Assembly: GCF_009914755.1 (NCBI RefSeq)
Contig: NC_060935.1
Origin: the human T2T-CHM13v2.0 reference genome, Homo sapiens
Length of the DNA: 64,000 nucleotides
Direction: 5' to 3' (one strand)
Positions 1 through 12,469 of this stretch are shown here, piece by piece (position 1 is the stretch's first letter; the number at the start of each line of letters is the position of its first letter). The notes below the pieces were generated by a model. The model was not told the origin of the DNA and did not search any database. It saw nothing but the letters and a program-made list of their open reading frames with translations. The position numbers and the translations under genes are program-made.

Positions 1-189
1 GCCCCCTACCCACACTCAGTCACACTTCAGACTTTCCAAACTCTTCCTCCTGGCCTATGAAGTAAGCCCCAGGTGAACAGCCTCCACTGCCATCACGACT
101 TCCTCTCCTAGTATGTCACCCACCATGCTGCAGACGCATGGTGGTCTTCCTGTTCCTGCAGCATTACTCCCAATTCAGTCTTACCTCAG

Positions 190-860
<671 letters not shown>

Positions 861-3800
861 TTAGTGGGACTGCCCCATTCCTCTTGGAGGAAGCCCTGCT
901 TTTAGCTTCAGTGTGATTCCTCGAGCCTTCCTTGGGCCTCCTCTGTCCCTGTAACCACCTGTGCTAGGGACTGGGTGCTGGGGTTGTAGCTGTTCCCTGC
1001 CCTGGAGGTACCCACAGTCTGGCAAGGAGCTGGCTCCAAGGCTGAGTGGCAAGTGGGCAGAGCCAGTCTCAATGGTCACCCTTACTGCTTCCCAGGGCTT
1101 ATTAGAAGCCCGAGAGCTGGGGTTCCAGGCCTGACATTTTTCTGGGATGTGGCTGGGGGCTTCACTTCCTCTCTGGGGATCTCACTCCTTCTATCTGGAA
1201 AATAGGGTCAGAATTCTCAGATTCTCAAGGATGGAGGGTTTGAGTTAACCTGAGTGTGAGTGTTTGTGAACTTGTGACATTCATGTTAGTCCTTGTCATT
1301 TGTCCTGTGTTACACATTCAGCAGGCCCCCAACACTGTAGAGAGTGGCAGACCCTGCTCTAGGGCATCCAGGAAGGCTTCACTGAGGAAGGGACTTGGGG
1401 TGTGGACCCTTCATTTTATTGATTGAGCACCTTCTGTGTGTCAGCTGCAGTCCCTGCGTTTGAGGAAGTGAGACCAGGGGGATGTACACAAGATGACTGT
1501 GCAGAGTGATCTGAGCAATGACAGGAAAGACTGCCAAGAGGTGAGACCGGGGAGCTTGATCACCCTGAGGTCAGGGAAGTCTTCCTGGAAGAGGTGACAT
1601 TCAGTCCGGATCTGGAAAGATGAATAGACATCAGCAAGACAGGCAAGAACATTCAGGTACAGGAAATAGCATAAATAGAGGCATGAGATTTGGATGGGAG
1701 AGGCAGACTGACTGCAGGGCCTCTGAGTGACCAACTGAGGCTGAGGTCTTGGTGTACTGAGAGCCAGAGACAAGAGAGACAGAGAGGATGCTGGATCCAG
1801 GCCTGTGGTGGCTCACCTGTGTCTGCAGCAGGAGGAAGACTTGAGAGCTCATGGGAAAGGAGCCTGGTGCAGTTAGTTTATTGGCCTCCAGCACTTTGAG
1901 GGCCTCCTGGTATGGAGCTGCTGGCTGATTTGAGGGCCTCATGGGCAGGGCCCAGGGGTAGGAGTCAGGCCTGGGCTCTGTCCAGCTCCTGCTTGGCCAC
2001 CGAACTGCTCCGCAGCCTCAGCAAGCCACTACCCTTCCTTACCCTCAGTCTCCTCATCTATGAAATGAGCAAAAGTGTCATAAGAACCTGTGCAGATTAT
2101 GGTGCAGATGCAGACAGGCTACACCCTGTGAACCTTTTGGGTAAATCAATAGAAATGGGAAACACAAACTCCTTTTCTTATTAGAGCAGAATTAGCCATT
2201 CTAAGCCCTGCCTCTGCTTCCCATGTGACCTTGGGTATAACACTGCCTCTTAGGGCCTCAGCCTTCTCATCTGCACAGTGAGGAGGACTGGTTGAGATGA
2301 CCCCCTTGGCTTCCTTACATCCCTGCTGGAGAAATGCGATTCCATTCTTGTCCCTAACTGCTGTGGGACTCTTGAGGTCAGCCACCTCCTCATTCTTGTC
2401 CTCAGCTTCTCCTTGTGAAAATGGTGCACTCATCCACTTGGGGCCAAGGTAAGTGCCCCAGAAGAACCTGTCTCCCCATGCTTGCCCATATATTGTGATG
2501 GGGACGTATTTTGGAGATTCCTTGGTGACCTACTCGCAAGCTAGTAGTGTTGCCATGGCAGCCCCTTCCACTGCAGTAGCTACTTTTTGAATGTGCTTGG
2601 TCACAGTGGGTGGGGTGGGGGAAGTGGGCCCCTGGGGTCCTCAGCAATCATGTCCAGGGTCCTGGATGTAGATCCATGTTCGGTATCAGGAACATGGCAT
2701 TCTAAGAGTCTCACTTCCTTGGCCTTACCTCTTGGAACTTTGTGAAAGTTCTACTTGATGAAAACGGAATACACAAAAACCCAGGTGTATGGAGTAGCCC
2801 GAGGATGGGCTTATATTCCCTTTCGGGAGATCTTCTGTGGATAAAAATTCATTTGTGGATTCTAGCAGAGCACAGGTGGCCCAAGTTAGCAGCACTCAGA
2901 TTTCAACAAATCCACCCCAGCTTCCTAATTTAGTGCTAATGGGGAAACCTAGAGAGGGGAGGAAGAGGCTTAGCGCCCCTGCAGGTCTACAGATGCTCAG
3001 GATGCCTGGCTCCCTGCAGCAGGCCCTGAGGACTGACAGTGCCTGCAGGGTCCTGATGGCCCACTTCCCACCTGGCACACCTAGCATAGCTGTGTGCTGG
3101 CTCTCCAGTAGTTTGGCTTCCCCTTTGGGCCAGATGTCCCAGTGGGCCCTGCTTTAAGGATACCTCATTTGCAAAACAGAACCGTTAAAGCGAATTGTTA
3201 ATCTTTTCAGAAAAGAACTCACTGGCGTTTTGGGACCAGTTCTATAGCTAGCTAGCTGCCCTAGGGCTCTTAGGCACCAGTGGAGGGAGTGAGCTCTGAC
3301 TGGCTGTCTTCTCTGCCTTCAGGGTAGAGGCCAGGACTCCTAGACCTAGCATCCCAGTCCTTCATGCCTCCCTGTTTCTCTACTTTTCCAACTAGACTCA
3401 CAGTCTCTGTGCTGCAGTCTGACTAAACTGCTTGCAGTTAATTCCTCAAACTTGTCTTCTCTCTGTTTCGGGCCTTTGCAATGCCTTCTGGGATCCTGCC
3501 CCTGTACCTTCCTCCTGGAAGGCATCCCTAAGAACACCCTCCTGTGGGGGTTGGGGCCTCCCCTGGATTCCTAGTCCTGACTGATCCTTTATGTATAATT
3601 GTTCGCAGCTTTGTCTCCCAGCCATATCTTGGGTGGGCAGCCCAGGAGCAGAACTCAGCCTCTAGCAGATGCCCAAGAAGCAGAGGAGAAGCAGAGTCTA
3701 GAAGCTCCCCTCCTGGTGTGGAGCCTGGGGTGTAAAGGGTACTTAGAAAGCACTGGTATGAATGTTAGTGTTTGGGTTCCACCCTTCTCTCTCCCTTCCT

Positions 3801-6275
3801 CTGGGGCCTTCCACCATTGCCCCGACATTAACCACCCTCCAGCTGGAGAAGACCTTTCCCTCCTGATTCCCCAGAAAGCTCTGCTTGACCCTCCATCATG
3901 GCACAGGTCAGTCAGCTGTGGGTGGACTTTTTTCTATCTTTGTCTAGGCCCTGTTTATTCATCACAGTCCTCTCAAGCATTCAGTCATTCAGCAAACATC
4001 GATCGAGCACCTTCTCTGCGCCTGACCCTGTGCTGAGCACCAGGGCCCAGATGAATGAGACATGGTCCCTGCAAATGCACACACATACCTTTTCCCATAA
4101 TGAGAAAGGGCTGAGTACAGGGGTGAGATGGGACAGGCAGGGATGCGGTCAATCCAACCCAGGTGGAGGAGAAGGAAGACTTTCCAGAGAAAGAGTCAAC
4201 AGGTTGGTCTCTAGCAGGCCAGTGCTCAGTGCCTGGTGGATGCCTGGTATGCATGTGCTAAAAGACTGACCAAACTAGACTTAGAAGCAATAGAACTCTA
4301 CCTGGAGGCACTGCAGTGAAGTCCCTCCTTCCTGGAGGGAACGAGTCTCTGGCTGAGCACATGGTGAGGCACCAAGTGGAGACAGCTTCCTGTGTGAGGC
4401 TTACGGGAGCCCAGCCCTGGCCTGGGATTCTAATAGCAGTGGGCATGACCCTCCAGAGATGGCAGCTTTGCCATGACCGGCCTCTCATCATCATGTGTGT
4501 GGACTCCCGCTGAAAGGTGTCTGCCTGGAGGAGCCTGGAAGAGAGCTCACCTCCAGCCTTGATGAAGTGGCATCTCTTTGGCACTTGGCCTGACTTCCTA
4601 GACCTCCCTGGGGCTGGAAGAGCCTGCTAGGGGTCAATATGTACTGACCCTCACTCTGCTACCTCTCCTCATAATATACAACCTGTTACTGTGCACCTCT
4701 TAAAAAACTGTTTGCTCTCTCTGTCTCCGTGCAACTTGTCCTCAGCTCTTTGGGGGTAACTTGGGGGTGACTTTCTCACTCACCTAGACCCAGGGCAGAC
4801 ATTAGGTCCAGATGGGCCCAGGTGTGGCATCCTTGGGGTTGGGGATGTGGGCAGGGTGACCCCCACCCCCACCCCTGCCTCAAGGAGCCCAAGAGGCTGT
4901 TCACACCTCTCTTAGCTGGCATCTTTCTGGCTCTCTCACATTGATGCCAGACATTCTGGCCCTTTTCCCTAAGTTATTTAGATTCCTTATGACAATCCTG
5001 GATTAAAGCTAAGGAGGACACTGAGTCCCAGGGACAGGGAGTGATTTGCAAGGTCTCATTGCAGGTAAGAATCAGAGCCAGGGTTTGAATCCTAAGTTAG
5101 CCTGTCGCCTACGCCTCTGTTCCTAGGCAGGGCAGGCATTATTTTACCCATCAAACAGGAGAGGACACCGAGGCTTACTTGGTAATTAATCAGCATTCAT
5201 AGAGATCTTTACTTTTTATGAAGCTCTTGGCTATACATTATCTCATTTAATTCCCACAACAATCTGGTGAGGTAGGTATTAGCCCCACTGTATAGATGAG
5301 GAAGCTGAAGCTTGTATAGGAAGTGACTCATCCAGGCCACTTCCTACGAGTTAGAGGCCAGGTTCTCCTGACTCTCGGCCCCTGTTTTCGGCACTGACTC
5401 CAGGTTGGCATGTCCCCTGCCAGATGCCAGTATGGAGGTGAGGTGGGTGGAGGACGCGGTGTGGGCTTTCGAGAGGCGTGAGCTGCCCACAGTCTCTGTC
5501 TACCAGTGCTTCGCCATGTACGCTCAGGGCCTCCTCTCCATAGGCCAGGGATCCTCCTGCCCCTCTCTCTATCTCATTGCCCCAAATTATTTTTCTTCAT
5601 AGCTCTCGTCGCTGCCTGATGTTACATCATACATTAATACGTAGGTGTTTTATCTCTCCCTCAGCAGAAGTTAAGCATCCTAACTTAACTTTAGCCAGTC
5701 TGACTTGGGCATCCAGGCCTATAGCTGCCTCTGAGGCAGGACATCATCTGCTGTGCTCACTGCTGTTTCCCCAGGGCTAGTATTAGCGCTTAGTACCTTG
5801 TATGTGCTCTATGCCTTGGGTCTTAGCTCTGTCCCCACCCACCTCACCCAGGAAGCCACCTTTGACTACTCATTCCAACTTCTTTATTCTCAGCTTCTAT
5901 TTCAGGCAGTCACTCACCCCCCTTTCTGGGTTCTTGAGTATTTGGGTCTGCCTCATTAGAACTCCCTGCAAGGCTTTGTTCCAGCAGTTTCCCCCAACCA
6001 CAGTGCGCACTTTCCTCCTGTTTGACCCCTAGATCTTGTCTTCAGGGCCCTGGCGAAGCCTCATGGCCTCCTTGGAGCCTCCTCTGCGCTACCATCACTC
6101 TGCGACCTCTTCTTGTAACACAGACCTGTGGCCATGAGCCTCTGGAAAAACTCTGCTTGCTCACTACATATACTCCTTCCCACTCTGGAGATGGGAGGAG
6201 CAATGCCAGTAGCCACCACTTAATCACCTAACAAATGCCACATGTGCCTTAAACGTTTTAAAATTTAATGTTCCT

Positions 6276-6625
<350 letters not shown>

Positions 6626-8184
6626 CTATAGATAAGAAAACCAAAGCTAGAGTTAGGTGACTTGCCCGAGGTCACAGAGCCAGGCAAGGGCAGAGCTGGC
6701 CCAGGGCCCTCTTTCTCAGATTTAGGGGGTTGGGGCTCAGACACTGCTGCCCTCAGGCATGTGAGAGGAAGCCCTGAAAACTTGGGTTTCATCAGCCCCG
6801 AGGTGTGGCCTTCCTGGTCACTTTGATATCAGATATTGGGCAAAGAGGTGCTCACAGACACCCTTCAACACCCCAGCCCTGGGCTGGGCCCTGGGTCTGA
6901 GAACTGCTTGAAAGCACATGGGTTGCGGGGGTGGAATCCAGTCTCACTAGAACATCCACATGAGACTTTGAGCATGATATGGGCAGAGGAGGGAGCTCTC
7001 CTTTGCCAGGATATGTTCCTGAAGTCCAGGTGTGGGCTGGCGTGTTTGGTGGGGCCAGCGCTCAACAGCGTAGCATTGTAGAGATGATGAGGGACTGGGA
7101 GCCTGAATACCTTCTTTAAGTCCTGGCTCCCACACCCTGACCTCAAGCAAGTGATTTTGCCTCTTTGGGCTTCACCTCACCTCAGTTTCCTTCTCTGTGA
7201 AACAGGATTGCCAGTTCTCCCCTTGCCTACCTTCCCAGAGAGTGCTGTGGGACGGTGAAGCCCCACATAGGCGCAGGAGAAGGGGATTGCTTTCCGGGTG
7301 GTAAAAGAGCTGCTCTGGGCCTCTCTGGCAGCTCTACTCCCTCTGCCTTCCCCAAAGGTAGGAGCAAATGAGCTGTGTGTAAAGCAAGTGCTGCCTGGGA
7401 GCAGCCATTTGAGTCTTCTGTTGGGAATCTTCCCCTACAGCCTGTCTCATCTGCCCCCATAAAACAGAGACATCTGTAGGTAGCAGGGTTGTGTTCCCTT
7501 TATAGGTGGAGAAACTTGTACCTAGGGAGGGCAAAAGAGGCTCATCCCCCATCTCTGGGGTCAGTCCTCAGTGATGGGGCTGGTTTTGCCTCCTGCCAGG
7601 CAGCCCAGTCTAACTTGGGCATCCAGGCCTATAGCTGCCTCTGAGGCTGCTCTGGATTTGCTTATGGATTTGCTCAGCTATGCAGTAAACCTCTATGAGC
7701 CCCTCTTACCACAGATGAATCAGGTACCAAGTCCTGGCACCCATGCGTCACTGGCAGTGGGATGGCCAAGTAAAGTGACATTGGTGCTGTGGGAGTGTGC
7801 AGAGAGAGTGCAGATGTGGTGAGGGGGCAGATAGGAGCAGGGACTTGGCTGGATGCTGAGGCTCCCTGGTGGCCCCACCCAGGAGTCAGGAACAGTCAGA
7901 CTGGGTGTGAAGGTGGTGGCATGTGGTGGCATCTGATTGCAGCATCGGCATCCCCACCAGCTTCTGCTGGACTCCTCCCAGCCACAGCTGGGGCAGAGGA
8001 AGTACTGACAGCCAGGTGGCAAGGACTGGCAGTGTTTTGGGGGTGCCCAACTGAACCCTCACTTCCCATCTGCCTGAGCAACGGTACCAGAACTACTGCA
8101 AGATGGTAAGCTCTAGGTCCCAAATACCCTGACAGGAGTCCTCAGGAGGGTGGGTGCCAGAGATCACAGACTTCACCCTCCTTA

Positions 8185-8290
8185 CCCCCATTTCATAGAT
8201 GGGGAAACTGAAGCCCAGAGAGGTGAGGAGACTTAGCATGGGAGTTGGTGGCAGAGCTGGGTCTAGAAACCCAAGTCCTGCTGCCACTCT
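8185..8290. mobile_element. MIR fragment (others at about 5210-5380, 12690-13025, 17340-17470, 19230-19360, 24680-24810, 27650-27760, 44195-44385, 58590-58860, 63130-63330)
   Basis: MIR core ccccatttcatagatggggaaactgaagcccagagaggtga. Confidence 0.75.
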
Positions 8291-9963
8291 ACCTGCTGTA
8301 GAAGATGCCTGCTCCTGACCCACCCCTCTGAAGGAAAACAGATCATTCATTTCTCCCCTTCCCCTTCCAGCTCCCCACCACTGCCCCCTGCTTTGTTGTG
8401 GGGAGCAGAGAGAAGGAACTTGGGGACATGCAACATCGGAGCAGATGCAGGCCTGAAGGTTGGGCCTGAATTGGGTTCAGCTTTGCCAGCATCTGGCTGA
8501 GTGACCTTGACCCGGTATCACCATCAAAATAGGGTGTTGGTGCCAAACTCACAGGAGTCCAAGTGCCTGTGCAAGGGCATGGAGGGTCTCCCAAAGCTTT
8601 ATGGGCCTCTTGTGCATCATACCTTTCACTCAGCCCTGCATGGAGGGAACTCCGGGGGCCTGAAGAGTGGCCAGAGCACCTCCTTGGGGCTGGCCTGACA
8701 GGGCACTGGGGATCCAGATATGGATCAGACCCAGGCCTGGCCTTCGGGCAGCTTCCAGTGTGATGGAGAATCAGCTTGTAATCAGCAGTTAGAACAAGGC
8801 CAGAGGCTGTGGGAACCCTGAGGAGGATGCTCTTTTGTTTCTCCATTGTGCGGGTCTGACTTTATCTTCAAATAGGTTATTTCTGTGGGTGGCAAGATAG
8901 CCCCTGGCAATTCCAGGCCTGCATAGACCTTAGTGTTTATCATCCCAGAGAAGGAAAGGCCTTCTCTTTCCAAAGGCTTCCTGGAAGACTGCTGCCTTAT
9001 CACCATCTCTGGGTTTTGAAGGATGTATTGCTTTATCTCATTATCAGGGAATCATCAGGTAAGCAAAGCAGGGAAGGGCCTCTGCCTAGAATATTTCTGA
9101 GGTGGACTGGGGGCTCCCACTGGCCCGGGGTTCAGCATCCATGGCCAGGCCAGCTCCCAGGCCACGGCCTCCATGGTCAGCCAGGTTGGGATTGCCTGAG
9201 AGGGCCTGGGCCTGAGAAAGCAGAGGTGCAGTCCTCCCAGCTTCCCTCTCCAGGAGCCTCCCAACTCTAACGCCCACGGAAGCACTTGCCATTTGGTATT
9301 TGGGACTTAGAGCTCACCACCTTGCAGCAGTCCCGGTACAGTTGCCCAGGCAGATGGGAAGTGAGGGTTCACTTGGTAGACTGCATTTCCCACTTGTTGG
9401 CAGAGCGAGCTGTGGGCGGTAGTTGGGGCTGGATAAGGCAGGGTGAGAACCGAACCAGCAGTGTGGGAAAAGCCTGAGCCTGCAGACCCACCTTGCTGCG
9501 GGACTTGGGAGACTCCCGCAGGCCCTCAATTTCCAGTCTGTATAACGGGGTGAGGGTTGAACAAGATGGCGTGCGTTTCCTGCGCTATGACTTTACCTAA
9601 TTTTAAGACACCTAATAAGCTTAGCAGAGAGATTTGGATTAGGCACGATGAAGAATTTTTAGGTCTTCTCAGTTGTTTCAGTTGGGGATATGTCATCAGT
9701 GAAATTTCTATACTCCTCCTCCAAGCTGCATGGGGGCTGGCCCTGGCGTCAAGGTAGGGAGCTAGATAAGTTGACTCCCAGCATGCCTCTTCCCTACGCA
9801 CCCCTCAAACCACTGGCTTCAGGGGCCTGTCTGCAACGGGAAGCAAGTCAGCCACGAGAAGGCATGCTTTGCCTTTTTTTCCTGCCAAATAGAAGGTGGT
9901 GTTCCCCGGTGCTGTGTCTCACCCCAGCCCCTACCTGAGTGTTTGGACTGAAGCATTTATAGT

Positions 9964-10120
9964 GGTGTTTCTCAGACTTAATCACCTGGGGATCTTGTTA
10001 AAATGCAGATTTTGATTCAGTAAATCCAGTCTGGAGCCCAAAGTCCTGCATTTCTAACCCGCTCCCAGGTGATGCTGATGCTGCTGTTCCCAGACCACGC
10101 TTTGAGTAGGAAAGTGCTAG
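9964..10120. mobile_element. MER5A-like hAT-Charlie relic
   Basis: aatcacctggggatcttgttaaaatgcagatt...ctgcatttctaac...ctcccaggtgatgctgatgctgctg...accacgctttgagtag. Confidence 0.85.
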
Positions 10121-12340
10121 AGTACATTTTGTCTTCTGTCTAGCCAGGGCATCCAGCCTGCCTCAGATGGAACAGGAACTCACCTGCCACTTAACCAGCC
10201 TCCGGTGGCCATGGCTCCTGCTTCACTTCATCCAGCATGGCTCAGGAGGCAGAGCCAGCTGCTGGAAGATGACTTGTCCAGCCCCAGCCCTTGGATCAAG
10301 GGTTCAAGCCTGTGCTTGGACTTCACTTCCCTCCCTTATATACTCACCCAGTCCTGTCCCACTTGTAGGTGAAGGTGAAAGGTTATGAGACCCTCAAGGA
10401 TAAGCATGTGATGAACTCATCTGGCCAGGTCCCACTGCTGGGCAGGTTGACCAGGCCCTGAGCATGACCCTCCGACTGTGTCCTGTGTACAGAGCCTTTG
10501 CACTCAGAGCTGCTCTGGGGAAAGGGGAGGTCCTCTAAGCAGGGTCAGGAATGCTGGGTTTCAGTCCTGGCTCTGCCGCCTACTGCCTGGGTAGCCCTGG
10601 GCTAGTCAGTGCCTGTCTCTGGTCCCCAGTCTCCCTGGCTGTCCAATTAGGCTATACTGGATGACCCCAGAGGGCTCTCAGGCTCTAAGATGGGTTGCTG
10701 GGCAAGTCTGGAGGTGGGAAAGTCCTATGAAGGTAGGATTTTTGTAAAGGGGGCGAAGGAGCAATTATGAGGCAGACCTCTGGAATGGCTCTATGGCCCA
10801 GCCTCTTTATTTGCTTTTGTGAGTTCACATCCTGCCGCCTCCACCCCAGTTATGCCAGTGGTGTTATTAGATGCTACTGAACACCCAATTTGTGCACTGA
10901 GGATGTGGCAGTGAACCCTGCAAGCTTGCCTGGGGTCACATAGTGAGTAGAACCAAAGTCTGAACCTAGGTTTGACTCTTCTGCTAAACTAAGCCCTTTC
11001 CCTCTGATGCATCACACCAGGGAAAGGGGCCATCTTGAGGCCTAGCATTTCCTTCCTTCCTCCTAAAAGTCAAAGCAGTTGTTAACTTTCAGCTCATAAG
11101 GGTAGATATCTTTCTAAACTCTGCTGTGGCTTTGTTGCTTTGCAGATTTTGAAGAAAAGCAAAGGCTTGAGTGTAGGCCCCTAAATCCGTCTTTCTCCCT
11201 GCTCCCAGCTTGTAGGCTCAGTTGAAAGGTCATGAGACCCTCAAGGACAAGATTGTGACTAACTCATCTGTGCTCTGGGTCTTTCACAGAGCAGATGGTA
11301 TGAAGGAATATTTAATGGGCACACAGTAGGTGCTTGGTGAAGATGTGTTGAGCAAAGGGCATGTAGTGGGGGTTCAGCAAAGAGGGGTTTGAGGTGGCCC
11401 ACTTCTTCAGCTGCCGGAAGGAATGGGGTATGGGTGAGGAACCTTCACCCATGCTCTTCCCCAGTGCTGTCTCCTGCAGTCACCAGGCTTCCTGTCCCTA
11501 CTGCCCATCAGCTGCTGGAGTCCAGGGTGTCATCCTAGGGGCACCAAGCCAATTAAGTGGGCACATCTCGTCCTAACTTCCAGGCTTGGCACTTGATTGA
11601 TAGTGAACATAATTACAGCCCTCAGTGTCCTTCAGGCTGCCTGAAGCTCACTGGCTACTGGGCCCTTTGGGGAAGCAAAGGCTCCCACCTTACTCCTTTC
11701 TGGGCCCCACGCTTTGGGCACTGAGATGAGGCTGAACATTTACATCTCTCTGAAAGTGGTAGTGGTGTGGGGAATCAGTGGTGTTGGGGGTGGGGGCAAG
11801 AGGGTTCAGCTCCTTGGAGAAGGGGTATTAGTCTGGGACATACAGAAGGCAGAGCAGGGATTGGGGATGCTCAAAGTACACTTGGAGAAAAAAAACCATT
11901 GCAAATTGGATGTTGAACCTCTGTCCTTGGCCTCACAGACAGATAGCAAAATTAAATATTTGTACTAGATTCAGATAAGGGACAGGAGTTTGACTGGGGT
12001 GGAGGGGATGGGAGAGAACTGGCAATTATGAGAGACTTCCCAAGGCCTAGCCCTTGGACTAGCCTCTTTAGATACTTCATGTGGTCTCCAAAATGACCCC
12101 GAGTGCGATACCATTCCCATTGTGTATCTATAGAAACCAGGGCACAGGGGAGCATGCAGACAGCCCAGAGTTACAAAGCCATGAGGTGGAGGGCTAGGAT
12201 CTGAACCCAGGTCTGTCTGATTCTATAGCTGATGCTCTTCTCATATCTAGAAGGGTACCTGTGGGAGGTGAGGTTTGTACTGGGGACCCCATGACTGGAG
12301 AGAAGGGTGACAGTGGACTGACATCTTCCCTCTGCTGTAG

Positions 12341-12469
12341 GCACTGGATCCAGCATCCTCTCCGCCCTCCAGGACCTCTTCTCTGTCACCTGGCTCAATA
12401 GGTCCAAGGTGGAAAAGCAGCTACAGGTCATCTCAGTGCTCCAGTGGGTCCTGTCCTTCCTTGTACTGG
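12341..12469 (+). CDS. DGAT2: Diacylglycerol O-acyltransferase 2, exon 2 (129 nt, phase 1-1)
   Basis: ctgtag|GCACTGG...CTGG|gtaagc; translates (G)TGSSILSALQDLFSVTWLNRSKVEKQLQVISVLQWVLSFLVL(G), matching human DGAT2; exon 1 lies upstream of the window. Confidence 0.98.

Noticed and set aside
10141-10166. tagccagggcatccagcctgcctc as a third copy of the 43-bp duplication
   Set aside because: Only short, gapped matches; compatible with chance.
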